Part shown: piece by piece, positions 8,856 through 17,950 of the stretch
Layout: every line of letters starts with the position of its first letter
Position numbering within the stretch: position 1 is the first letter of the stretch
Assembly: GCA_041746575.1 (NCBI GenBank)
Contig: JBGTGT010000108.1
Span: forward strand, 1 to 32,279
DNA: 32,279 nt
Direction: 5' to 3'
DNA from: Microcystaceae cyanobacterium
Lineage (GTDB): Bacteria; Cyanobacteriota; Cyanobacteriia; Cyanobacteriales; Microcystaceae
Position numbers and translations under genes: made by a program
The notes under the pieces: generated by a model
The model's input: the letters and a program-made list of their open reading frames with translations, nothing else
Told to the model about the DNA's origin: nothing
Databases searched by the model: none

Positions 8856-10337
8856 TTAATGGCCGGATGCTTGATCGAGGGCATTGGGGTTATCATGAAT
8901 AGCCAGTCTTTTTAATAAAGTTGCACTCGCTTCGTTTAATCCCCTCAATTCGACTTCTGCCCCATTACGACGGAATTTAATCACCACTTTATCAATGGCA
9001 GACACGGCAGCTTGATCCCAAAGATGGGCATGGGTTAAATCAATGACAACTAAATCCACCTCTTCATCAAAATCAAATGCTTCTAGAAAATCATCGACAG
9101 ACACAAAAAATAACTGACCTGCTACGCTATAAATACATTTTGTGCGATCAGAACTTAATACCTTATCTATGAAGACTAATTGAGCGATATTACGAGAGAA
9201 GAAAACTGTACTCAAGGCAATTCCAATCACTACCCCGATCGCTAAATTATGGGATGCAATTGTCACTAATACCGTTGTGATCATCACCACTGTTTCACTG
9301 CGAGGAATGCGCTTAATATTTTTTAAAGATGACCAACTAAATGTACCAATCGAGACCATAATCATCACTGCCACTAAAGCGGCCATCGGAATTTGTTTAA
9401 CCCAATTTCCTAAGACTAAAATAAAAAATAAAAGTAGAACGCCTGCGGTTAGAGTAGAGAGACGTTTTCGCCCCCCCGATTGAATATTAATCACCGATTG
9501 ACCAATCATGGCACATCCTCCCATTCCCCCAAAAAATCCCGTGATAATGTTAGCAATACCTTGACCTTTCGCTTCTTGGTTTTTATCACTGGGAGTATCG
9601 GTGAGTTCATCTAATAACGAGGCAGTTAATAAAGACTCCAATAAACCGACAATAGCCATGGTTAGGGCATAGGGGAAGATAATTTGCAGGGTGTCTAAGT
9701 TAAACGGGACTTGCGGCACCGTAAAGAAGGGTAAGGTGGAGGGGAATTCTCCCATATCTCCCACCGTAGGTACATCAATCTCGCCCCAAATCGAAGCCAG
9801 CGTTAACACAACAATAGCAACCAAAGGAGAAGGCACAGCTTTGGTAAATCTCGGCAAAATATAAATAATCGCCAGTCCAATTGCCGTTATGATATACACT
9901 GTCCAAGGCACATTCGTCAGTTGGGGTAATTGTGCCATAAAAATGAGAATCGCCAAGGCATTAACGAAACCTACCATCACCGCACGGGGGATATACTTCA
10001 TCTGACGACCTAATTTGCATATTCCGAAGAAAATTTGGATAATTCCCATCAAAATCGTCGCCCCAAAAAGGTATTGCACCCCATGATCTTTGACTAAATA
10101 CACCACTAAAAGGGCAATTGCCCCGGTTGCCGCCGAAATTAAACCCGGTCTTCCTCCTAAAAAGGCTGTTATAACGGCAATACTAAACGACGCATACAAT
10201 CCCACTTTCGGATCAACCCCCGCAATAATCGAAAATGCGATCGCTTCAGGAATCAAGGCTAAGGCAACGACTGCTCCTGCTAATAAGTCTTGTCGAGTAT
10301 TAGAAAACCACTGTTTTTGTAACGCCCTTGTGTTCAA
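8856..10337 (-). CDS. SulP family inorganic anion transporter with C-terminal STAS domain
   Basis: Motifs [37 protein letters not shown] and STAS GQLFF...[12 protein letters not shown] start with SD AGGAGGT. Confidence 0.93.
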   Translation of the reverse strand: MNTRALQKQWFSNTRQDLLAGAVVALALIPEAIAFSIIAGVDPKVGLYASFSIAVITAFLGGRPGLISAATGAIALLVVYLVKDHGVQYLFGATILMGIIQIFFGICKLGRQMKYIPRAVMVGFVNALAILIFMAQLPQLTNVPWTVYIITAIGLAIIYILPRFTKAVPSPLVAIVVLTLASIWGEIDVPTVGDMGEFPSTLPFFTVPQVPFNLDTLQIIFPYALTMAIVGLLESLLTASLLDELTDTPSDKNQEAKGQGIANIITGFFGGMGGCAMIGQSVINIQSGGRKRLSTLTAGVLLLFFILVLGNWVKQIPMAALVAVMIMVSIGTFSWSSLKNIKRIPRSETVVMITTVLVTIASHNLAIGVVIGIALSTVFFSRNIAQLVFIDKVLSSDRTKCIYSVAGQLFFVSVDDFLEAFDFDEEVDLVVIDLTHAHLWDQAAVSAIDKVVIKFRRNGAEVELRGLNEASATLLKRLAIHDNPNALDQASGH

Positions 10338-10599
10338 ATTTACCTCCTATCTGATTCAGTATTGAGTCATTAAACCTCAATTTTCGATGTGCTGTCTTGT
10401 CACTTTACCAAACTCTTCTACACATTTGGCGAGTTGTTTTGGTGTCTAGTCTCGCACAATGCGCGCTTTGATTTTTGTCTTTTGGTAATTTGATATTGTC
10501 TTTTATTACTGATCAAAGGAAGCCGCTACTTATTTTTCGGACAAAAATTTATGATACTGAATCTAGCGATTCACCCTAAGACAGAAGTTGTTAATTATA
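10338..10599 (-). promoter_or_regulatory. Putative -10 box (TATAAT 10599-10594) and long structured 5' leader of the sulP-usp cluster
   Basis: TATAAT ~255 nt upstream of the start; several inverted repeats in between (see findings). Confidence 0.4.
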
Positions 10600-10838
10600 A
10601 TACGGACAGTATGAACTCAACTTAAATATCTTTATTATACAAAATAAACCTAAATTCTCTGAAAAAGCGATCGCCAATTTCACTCAAGTTTATCAGCGGC
10701 ATCCCAATATTATTCTAGGTCGTCTTCCGTATGATGAGTTAGTTGATTATAAAAATTTACGGAAATACTTAGTCAAAGTTCGCCATTATTTGTACGAAGA
10801 GTAAAAGAAACAATATCAGAACTATTGACTAAAGAAAA

Positions 10839-12545
10839 CTAAGTTCCCTTTTCCTTTTTTTTCTTCTCTTTTCCTTTCTGTTTTGCCGCCGCTTTCGCCG
10901 CTTTTTCTGCTGTGATTCTTGCCTGTTTTGCCTTTAATCGCTCTTCTTCTAATTTATCTAAATAATAATGATAATCACCACGATATAATTTTAATTCTCC
11001 CTCTCGAATTTCAACAATTTTATTAGCAACTTGAGAAATAAAATAGCGATCATGAGACACAATTAATACTGTTCCTTCATAGCTTTGCAACGCATCCTCT
11101 AGCATTTCTTTTGCAGGAATATCTAAATGATTGGTCGGTTCATCAAGAATCAGTAAATTGGCCGGTTGTAATAACATTTTTGCTAAAGCAAGACGCGCTT
11201 TTTCGCCACCACTGAGGGTTTCGACTTTCTTAAATACCGTATCTCCACTAAAGAGAAATCGTCCTAATAAACTGCGAACTTCTTCATTTTTCCAGTCAGG
11301 AACTTCGTCGTGCAAAGTATCCATCACGGTTTTCTCTAAGTCCAAAGCTTCCGCTTGATTCTGTTCAAAATAAGCAGGAATCACATTATGTTTGCCCAAA
11401 GTGATAGTACCATCTGTCGGTCCTTCTATCCCCATCATTAAGCGTAAAAGAGTAGATTTTCCCGTACCATTTGCGCCTAAAAAGGCAATGCGATCGCCCC
11501 TTTCAATTTCTAGGTTTGCTCCCAAAAATAGAATTTTTTCATCATAAATGTGGGTCAAATCTTTAATTATGACAACTTCTCGGCCACTGCGAGGGGCAGG
11601 TTGAAAGTGAAAGCGTAAGGTTTTTAATTCTGATATCGGTGCTTCAATTAGTTCGATTTTTTCTAGTTGTTTTTCTCTGCTTTTGGCTTGGGTACTGCGA
11701 GTCGCACTGGCACGGAAACGGTCAACAAATTGTTGTTGTTTTTCCAGATCTTTTTTTTGTCGTTCAAAGGCACTTTGCTGCATTTCTCGACTCAACGTTT
11801 TTTGCTCTAAATAAGAAGTATAATTCCCCAAATAAGTCGTAGAAATTCCCCGTTCTGTTTCTACCATTTGGGTACAAAGACGATCTAAAAATTCTCGATC
11901 ATGGGAGACAATTACCATGGGGGTATTAAGTCCCTTGAGATACGTCTCTAACCATTCAATGGTTTCTAAGTCCAAATGGTTAGTCGGTTCATCTAAGAGC
12001 AAAATATCGGGTTCTTGCAGTAAAATCTTACCTAAACTCATCCGCATTTGCCACCCCCCACTAAAGGCACTGACTAAGCGATCGCCGTCTTCGGAAGTAA
12101 ACCCCATTTCAGGCAAAATCTTCTCAATTTGTGCCTCTAATCCATAACCATCTAACGCTTCAAATTGACGTTGTAGGCGATCTAATTGATGAATTAATCT
12201 ATCCAATTCTTCGGGAGTTGCCGTCTCCATCTGATGCTGAATTTGATGTAACTTATCTTGTGTTTCATTGGCTTCTCTAAAAACGGTCCAAAATTCTTCT
12301 CTTACAGTGCGACTCGGCTCAACTTCAAACTCTTGCGTGAGATAGGCAATCCGAAGACTCGCCGGACGAATAATTTCCCCAGAGGTGGGTTCAGTTTCTC
12401 CTGCAATGATTTTTAGTTGGGTTGATTTTCCTGCGCCATTAACACCGACTAAACCAATACGATCGCCGGGTTTAACTTCCCAGTTAATATCTTTTAAAAC
12501 TTCTCCTGTCGAATAGATTTTACTAACATGTTCAAGTCGTAGCAT
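10839..12545 (-). CDS. ABC-F family ATP-binding protein (ribosome-associated type)
   Basis: Two nucleotide-binding domains (GVNGAGKST, FSGGW, LLLDEPTNHLD; GANGTGKST, LSGGE, LILDEPTNHLD), a QAKSREKQLEK linker and no transmembrane segments. Confidence 0.93.
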   Translation of the reverse strand: MLRLEHVSKIYSTGEVLKDINWEVKPGDRIGLVGVNGAGKSTQLKIIAGETEPTSGEIIRPASLRIAYLTQEFEVEPSRTVREEFWTVFREANETQDKLHQIQHQMETATPEELDRLIHQLDRLQRQFEALDGYGLEAQIEKILPEMGFTSEDGDRLVSAFSGGWQMRMSLGKILLQEPDILLLDEPTNHLDLETIEWLETYLKGLNTPMVIVSHDREFLDRLCTQMVETERGISTTYLGNYTSYLEQKTLSREMQQSAFERQKKDLEKQQQFVDRFRASATRSTQAKSREKQLEKIELIEAPISELKTLRFHFQPAPRSGREVVIIKDLTHIYDEKILFLGANLEIERGDRIAFLGANGTGKSTLLRLMMGIEGPTDGTITLGKHNVIPAYFEQNQAEALDLEKTVMDTLHDEVPDWKNEEVRSLLGRFLFSGDTVFKKVETLSGGEKARLALAKMLLQPANLLILDEPTNHLDIPAKEMLEDALQSYEGTVLIVSHDRYFISQVANKIVEIREGELKLYRGDYHYYLDKLEEERLKAKQARITAEKAAKAAAKQKGKEKKKKEKGT

Positions 12546-12830
12546 TTTAATCCTTTTGTTAATCGTCTGTTTTAAGAGGGGCCATAATTCTGATGTTAAC
12601 TAAATCCGTGTTTCTTTTGCTTCTCCTAGATTATCTTATGCCGAACCTCGTTTTTTTGCCAATCGTTTGGCCTATTTGGGGGTTCTTTGAAAGGGAAAGG
12701 GACTTATTTTAAATCTGCTGGGAAGATTCTAATAATTTGAGCGTTTCTAGGAGTTTTTCTCGACTTTTGGCTAAGAGACTCCCCATTTTGTTGCTAAAAT
12801 AGACATCGACTGATCTCACCTATCTAAACC

Positions 12831-14525
12831 ATGATTGTAAAAGCTTCTCGCTTTCAAGGGCTATCTCCTATTTTTGGCATATTTACAGCTTTAGCGATGA
12901 TTCTTCCTAGTCAAGCGGCAGAAAAAATTTATTTTATTTATGATTCTCTTAATTTCTCCCTTCCTGTTAAATCCGTTGAACGTTACGCAAAAGAGGGGAA
13001 AATTGACCAAAATATGAAATTTTATTTAACTGTAGTGGGAATGGCAGGAGTAGATGCCCAAACCCAAAGCATTTTTCGAGAAGCATTGAACACTCGTGCG
13101 AATATTGACCCCGTTTTATTGTCCCGTATTCTTAACACCGATGAAGGAGAACGCCTTTTAAGGTATTTTGGCCGCGTGATTAACGTGCAAGGGGGCAGAA
13201 ATGGTCAATATATTCTCAGAGGGGCAATGGTACAAGCGGCCTTTGATGAGGAGGGATTAACCTTAGTAAATTTTCTTAAGAAGTTGCCGACTAATATTCA
13301 AGTCGATTTGAAGAAATCCATTGAACTGGCCAATAATATTGAAACCATTGTGAATGCGACCTACTATTTCATTGACGAAGTTGAAAAAATGGCTGAAAAC
13401 GAAGCAAAAAACGATCCTAAAATTAATTACGCTCAATTGCCGGACTTGCGAGAAAAAGGGCCTTTTGCTGTAGATACTAAAGGAGAAACTTGGCATCTAG
13501 TAGATGAGAGCCGAAATCGAGCTTTTTATGTGAAAGTGTACCAACCCAAACAGTGGGCAGAGGGAAAAACGCCTGTTATTGTCATTTCTCATGGTTTGAG
13601 TTCTCGTCCTGAAGATTTTGCGAAATTTGCGATTCATCTCGCTTCCTACGGCTATTTTGTCGTGCTTCCTCAACATTTGGGCAGTGATATTCAACAGACG
13701 AAAGATTTTCTCGCCGGTTACACCGGTCAAATTTCTCAGCAGAGAGAATTTATTGATCGCCCTCTTGATGTTAGTTTCCTCTTGGATGAACTTGAAAGAC
13801 GAAATGAAACTGAATTTGCCGGAAAACTAGATTTAGAAAACGTTGGCGCAATGGGACACTCTTTTGGCGGTTATACAGTCCTCGCTCTAGCCGGTGCCAC
13901 GCCTGATTTTGAGCGATTAAAGAATCTTTGTGCCTTAGAATTAGGGGAATTAAATCTTGCCCTATTGTTACAATGTCGTGCTTTAGACTTAGAAGCTGAA
14001 TCCTATGACTTTCGAGATCCTAGAATTAAAGCAGTATTTGCAGTCAATCCCGTTAATGCAGGAATTTTTGGCGAGCAAGGCTTAGGAAAAATCAATATTC
14101 CCGTTTTTATTGGGGCAGGAAGTTATGATCCGGCTACTCCTTTTGTATTTGAACAGGCGGTTTCCTTTCCTTGGCTAAATTCTGATGATAAATACTTACA
14201 ATTGCAAGAAGGACAAGCTCACGTTGATTTCTCCCAATTAGATGCTGGCTTAACTGATCTTTTGGACACGGTTGATGATTTTACTTTACCCAGTCCTCAA
14301 TTATTGGATAGTTATACAGAAGCGTTATTGGTTGCTTTTGTTCAAGTTCATCTTCGTCAAAATCAGAATTATCAGCCCTATCTGCAATCTTCCTATAGTG
14401 CGTATCTTAGCCAAGACCAACCCTTCAAAGCTCACCTCATTACCAAAGCCTCGTCAGATGCCCTCGCCAAAATTCTCAATCAATTTCGGTCAGAACATAA
14501 CCTTAAAATTAGTAAACAGGAATAG
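12831..14525 (+). CDS. DUF1400-domain alpha/beta hydrolase
   Basis: Signal-like N-terminus ending SQAAEKIYF, typical of DUF1400; SHGLSS, DRPLDVSFLLD and nucleophile elbow GHSFGG. Confidence 0.85.
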   Translation: MIVKASRFQGLSPIFGIFTALAMILPSQAAEKIYFIYDSLNFSLPVKSVERYAKEGKIDQNMKFYLTVVGMAGVDAQTQSIFREALNTRANIDPVLLSRILNTDEGERLLRYFGRVINVQGGRNGQYILRGAMVQAAFDEEGLTLVNFLKKLPTNIQVDLKKSIELANNIETIVNATYYFIDEVEKMAENEAKNDPKINYAQLPDLREKGPFAVDTKGETWHLVDESRNRAFYVKVYQPKQWAEGKTPVIVISHGLSSRPEDFAKFAIHLASYGYFVVLPQHLGSDIQQTKDFLAGYTGQISQQREFIDRPLDVSFLLDELERRNETEFAGKLDLENVGAMGHSFGGYTVLALAGATPDFERLKNLCALELGELNLALLLQCRALDLEAESYDFRDPRIKAVFAVNPVNAGIFGEQGLGKINIPVFIGAGSYDPATPFVFEQAVSFPWLNSDDKYLQLQEGQAHVDFSQLDAGLTDLLDTVDDFTLPSPQLLDSYTEALLVAFVQVHLRQNQNYQPYLQSSYSAYLSQDQPFKAHLITKASSDALAKILNQFRSEHNLKISKQE

Positions 14526-14706
14526 GAATTAGTCAGCCGTCAGCCGTCCTCATCCTTTCCTCACTTTTGCCTCCTATCTCTTCTCATTCGTTAGGAGAAT
14601 TATTCCATCGGATTTAAGATGAGAAATTCTCTATAAAACTGACCCAATTTTCCATCTTGGCCTTAGAATAAAGGCATTAAGGTTACATTAAAACCCTTTT
14701 AAGAAA

Positions 14707-15981
14707 TTGGTACTTCTAAAAGAACAATGCCCAGCAAAAGAATTTAAGGCAAAAATCCATCTTTTAGCCAATGGATTGTCAGTTGTTCATCAATATATCC
14801 CTTCTACACCTGTAACGGTTGCAGATGTTTGGGTGAAAGGAGGAGCGATCGCTGAACCCGAACAATGGCGAGGCATGGCTCATTTTCTCGAACACATGAT
14901 CTTTAAAGGGAGTAAACGAATTGCGCCGGGAGTTTTCGACCAAATTATCGAAAATCTAGGGGGAATTACAAATGCGGCGACCAGTCACGACTACGCTCAT
15001 TTTTTTCTGACGATTGCCGCCCAATATCTTCCTGATACTTTACCTTACTTAGGAGAAATTTTATTACAAGCCGCTATTCCTGATCTAGAATTTCTGCGGG
15101 AGCGAGACGTAATCTTAGAAGAAATTCGTGCGACTTACGATGATCCTGATTGGATGGCGTTTCAAGCCCTCTGCGAATGTCTATACCAGTACCATCCCTA
15201 CGGAAAGCCTATTTTGGGCGAAGAAAGACAATTATTGACCTACAGCCCCAATCAGATGCGCTGTTTTCATCGTACTCACTATCAACCTCCCAATATGACT
15301 GTGGTAATGGTAGGGGGAATTCAAGAAGAAATGGCCTTAAATCTGGTCGAAAAAGCCTTCTCTGACTTTAGCATTCCCTCCGAGTGTCCTCCCACAACAA
15401 TAGAAGCAGAACCCCCTTTAATCAGCGTCAGACGCACTCAGGTGTATCTTCCCCTGCTAGAACAAGCTAGACTTTTAATGGGATGGATAGGGCCAGGTAT
15501 GGATCAAATTGAAGAAGGGTTTGGTTTAGATGTCATAGCAGCACTGCTAACAGGGGGCAGATCGGCGCGTTTGGTGCGAGAATTAAGAGAAGAAAAGCAT
15601 TTAGTCTTGGATATTGAGAGTAGCTTTTCTCTACAAAAAGATTCGAGTTTATTTACCATCGGAGCATGGTTGGAACCCCACGATATTGAAGCAGTTGAAG
15701 CCATTATCTGCGATCGCCTTGACGATTTACAAAAAACAGCCGTAACCGCAGAGGAACTCGCAAAAACGCAACGCCTACTTCTACATGATCATATTTTCTC
15801 CACTGAAACCCCCAGTCAACTAGCAGGATTATACGGTTATTATCACACCCTCGCCTCAGCGGATTTATCCCTACTTTATCCCCTTGCCATTCGTCAAATT
15901 CAGCCAGAAGATATACAATTATTAGCAAATCACTATCTTTCCCCTGAAAATTACGGTATTTCTATTGTGCAACCTTGTTAA
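14707..15981 (+). CDS. M16B (pitrilysin family) zinc peptidase, catalytic subunit
   Basis: GMAHFLEHMIFKG (HXXEH), NAATS and downstream EE. TTG start is uncertain. Confidence 0.92.
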   Translation: MVLLKEQCPAKEFKAKIHLLANGLSVVHQYIPSTPVTVADVWVKGGAIAEPEQWRGMAHFLEHMIFKGSKRIAPGVFDQIIENLGGITNAATSHDYAHFFLTIAAQYLPDTLPYLGEILLQAAIPDLEFLRERDVILEEIRATYDDPDWMAFQALCECLYQYHPYGKPILGEERQLLTYSPNQMRCFHRTHYQPPNMTVVMVGGIQEEMALNLVEKAFSDFSIPSECPPTTIEAEPPLISVRRTQVYLPLLEQARLLMGWIGPGMDQIEEGFGLDVIAALLTGGRSARLVRELREEKHLVLDIESSFSLQKDSSLFTIGAWLEPHDIEAVEAIICDRLDDLQKTAVTAEELAKTQRLLLHDHIFSTETPSQLAGLYGYYHTLASADLSLLYPLAIRQIQPEDIQLLANHYLSPENYGISIVQPC

Positions 15982-16041
15982 AATCGTAGATAAGTAACCT
16001 GTTTACGCTTTACTCGTCTTTTCTTTATCCCTATTCTCCCT

Positions 16042-17271
16042 ATGACCCATCAACTGACTTTAGACAACGGTATAACCTTGATAGTAAATGAAAATCCGAC
16101 AACGGATTTAGTCGCAGGACGACTATTTTTCAAGAATGCTGGATCTCGTTGGGAAAGCCTAGAGAAAGCCGGATTAAGTCATTTATGCGCTATCTTGTTA
16201 ACCAAAGGAACGGACGAACACACTGCCGTTGAAATTGCGGAGATCGTTGAATGTATGGGGGCGAGTATCGGCGCAGATGCGGCGACAGATTACTTTGTCG
16301 TCAGTTTGAAGAGTGTTTCTAGCGATTTTGCCAGTCTTTTAAGACTCACTGCTGAAATTGTGCGAGCGCCGATTTTTCCCGCTCATGAAGTCACCTTAGA
16401 AAAAGAATTAACGCAACGCAGTATTCGCTCTCAGCAAGAACAACCGTTTAATGTAGCGTTTAGTCAACTGAGACAGGCTATTTACCCCAATCATCCCTAC
16501 GGGTTGTCTATTTTAGGCACAGAAGACACCTTAGCGGGGTTAAGTCGAGAAGATTTACAAACCTACCATGCCACCCATTTTCGCCCTGATCACTTAATTA
16601 TTAGTCTTTCAGGTAATATTGCCGTCGCAGAAGCCGTCAATCTGATAAAATCTACTTTTGGTGATTGGTTAATCCCGAATACACCCTTTACTTCCGGCCA
16701 ATGGCCATCCCTGACGTCCCAACCCTGTCAACATCGTCTCAAGAAAGAGTCTCAACAAGCGATTATTATGTTAGGGTATCTCAGTGCCAGTGTGCAAGAG
16801 GAGGATTACCCCAGCTTAAAGCTATTGAGTACCTATCTAGGAAATGGGCTTTCCAGTCGTTTGTTTGTTGAATTGAGGGAAAAACGAGGATTGGCTTACG
16901 ATGTTTCTGCTTTTTACCCCACCCGTCTTGATGCCTCAGCTTTCGTTATGTATATGAGAACTGCCCCCGACAACACCGAAGCGGCCATTATGGGATTACA
17001 AGCAGAAGCAGAACGGCTTTGTCAACAGGGATTAAATGCAATGGAATTAAAAGCCACTCAAAATAAGCTATTAGGACAATATGCCCTCGGTAAACAAACT
17101 AATGGGGAAATTGCCCATCTCAACGGCTGGTATGAAACCTTAGAATTAGGGTTGGATTTTGATCAATATTTTCAAAAAGCGATCGCCACTTTAACCTCAG
17201 AACAAACCCATCAAGTTGCTCGAAAATACTTACAAACCCCCTACATTTCCCTTGTGAGTCCGATGGCTTAA
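16042..17271 (+). CDS. M16B peptidase partner subunit (no zinc motif)
   Basis: HXXEH degenerated to HLCAI; retains SSRLFVELREKRGLAY (R/Y pair); tandem with the catalytic subunit. Confidence 0.9.
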   Translation: MTHQLTLDNGITLIVNENPTTDLVAGRLFFKNAGSRWESLEKAGLSHLCAILLTKGTDEHTAVEIAEIVECMGASIGADAATDYFVVSLKSVSSDFASLLRLTAEIVRAPIFPAHEVTLEKELTQRSIRSQQEQPFNVAFSQLRQAIYPNHPYGLSILGTEDTLAGLSREDLQTYHATHFRPDHLIISLSGNIAVAEAVNLIKSTFGDWLIPNTPFTSGQWPSLTSQPCQHRLKKESQQAIIMLGYLSASVQEEDYPSLKLLSTYLGNGLSSRLFVELREKRGLAYDVSAFYPTRLDASAFVMYMRTAPDNTEAAIMGLQAEAERLCQQGLNAMELKATQNKLLGQYALGKQTNGEIAHLNGWYETLELGLDFDQYFQKAIATLTSEQTHQVARKYLQTPYISLVSPMA

Positions 17272-17289
17272 ATTGTTATGTTTTCCATC

Positions 17290-17507
17290 AGAAAGGAGGG
17301 ATAGTTCGCCCGTTATAGCTTGACTATCAGGACTTTACCGGCGGTTAGGACAAAAGCATTTAAACCAGAAGGATCTAAACGAGGCGGATGAGAAATCCAC
17401 CCACTTCTCTGAGTCGCTTTCTGTACTATCTTTGAAGAAGAAACATCCAAAATTTCCTGCACTTCGTCAAAATAGCGACAGCAACGGTAACGCTGCTTCC
17501 AAATTTT
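17290..17507 (-). ncRNA. Candidate structured small RNA (~215 nt)
   Basis: Minus-strand TACAAT at 17519-17514 followed by several hairpins whose G-U pairs work only on the minus strand; 3' hairpin followed by CCUCCUUUC. Confidence 0.3.
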
Positions 17508-17526
17508 CGGGGAATTGTACGATTTA

Positions 17527-17726
17527 ACGTGAGTTCGACGAGGGCAATTATCTTAATCCTTTTGTTCATTTTAGTTTATTGGGATTAGGAAAAGAAAAAC
17601 AAATTCTTGATTGGGGGACTAGCCCCCCAAACCCCCCAACGGGGGACGGAGTGCCTCCCCCGCACCCCCTGCACAAAAAAATTAAATAAAGAGGTCTCGT
17701 AGATTTTTTGATGGTCGAACTCACGT
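17527..17726. mobile_element. 200-bp MITE with IS982-family ends
   Basis: Perfect 13-bp terminal inverted repeats ACGTGAGTTCGAC (17527-17539) / GTCGAACTCACGT (17714-17726), flanked by direct repeat GATTTA (17521-17526 and 17727-17732). No transposase. Confidence 0.9.
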
Positions 17727-17950
17727 GATTTACTCTTATCGTGGAATTTATGATTAATATTGATAGAGGTGTATTACCTAAGATTGACCCATCTTGTCTT
17801 AGGATATTCACTAAGAGATTACCGATGAAATGAATCGTTACACTGAGGTTACACGAATTTTTGAACAAATGAGAGTGAAGCGATAAACTATAAGATAAAA
17901 TGCCCGAAAACTGCCCAACTGTCCTTTAGCATAATCTCTCATTCAAAAGT

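Noticed and set aside
10530..10585. Resemblance of TAGGGTGAATC...GTCCGA to c-di-AMP (ydaO) or guanidine-I (ykkC) riboswitches
   Set aside because: The other conserved blocks of both aptamers are absent; only short words match.
14532..14548. GTCAGCC heptamer tandem (about 2.4 copies)
   Set aside because: Too short to call a cyanobacterial STRR array; no spacers, so not CRISPR.
17489..17500. GGAAGCAGC on the minus strand, as in the SRP RNA core
   Set aside because: The preceding CAGG..C-GNRA helix of SRP RNA is missing.
17566..17868. 100-aa minus-strand ORF
   Set aside because: Runs into the MITE and its G-runs; removing the MITE gives no recognisable protein either.
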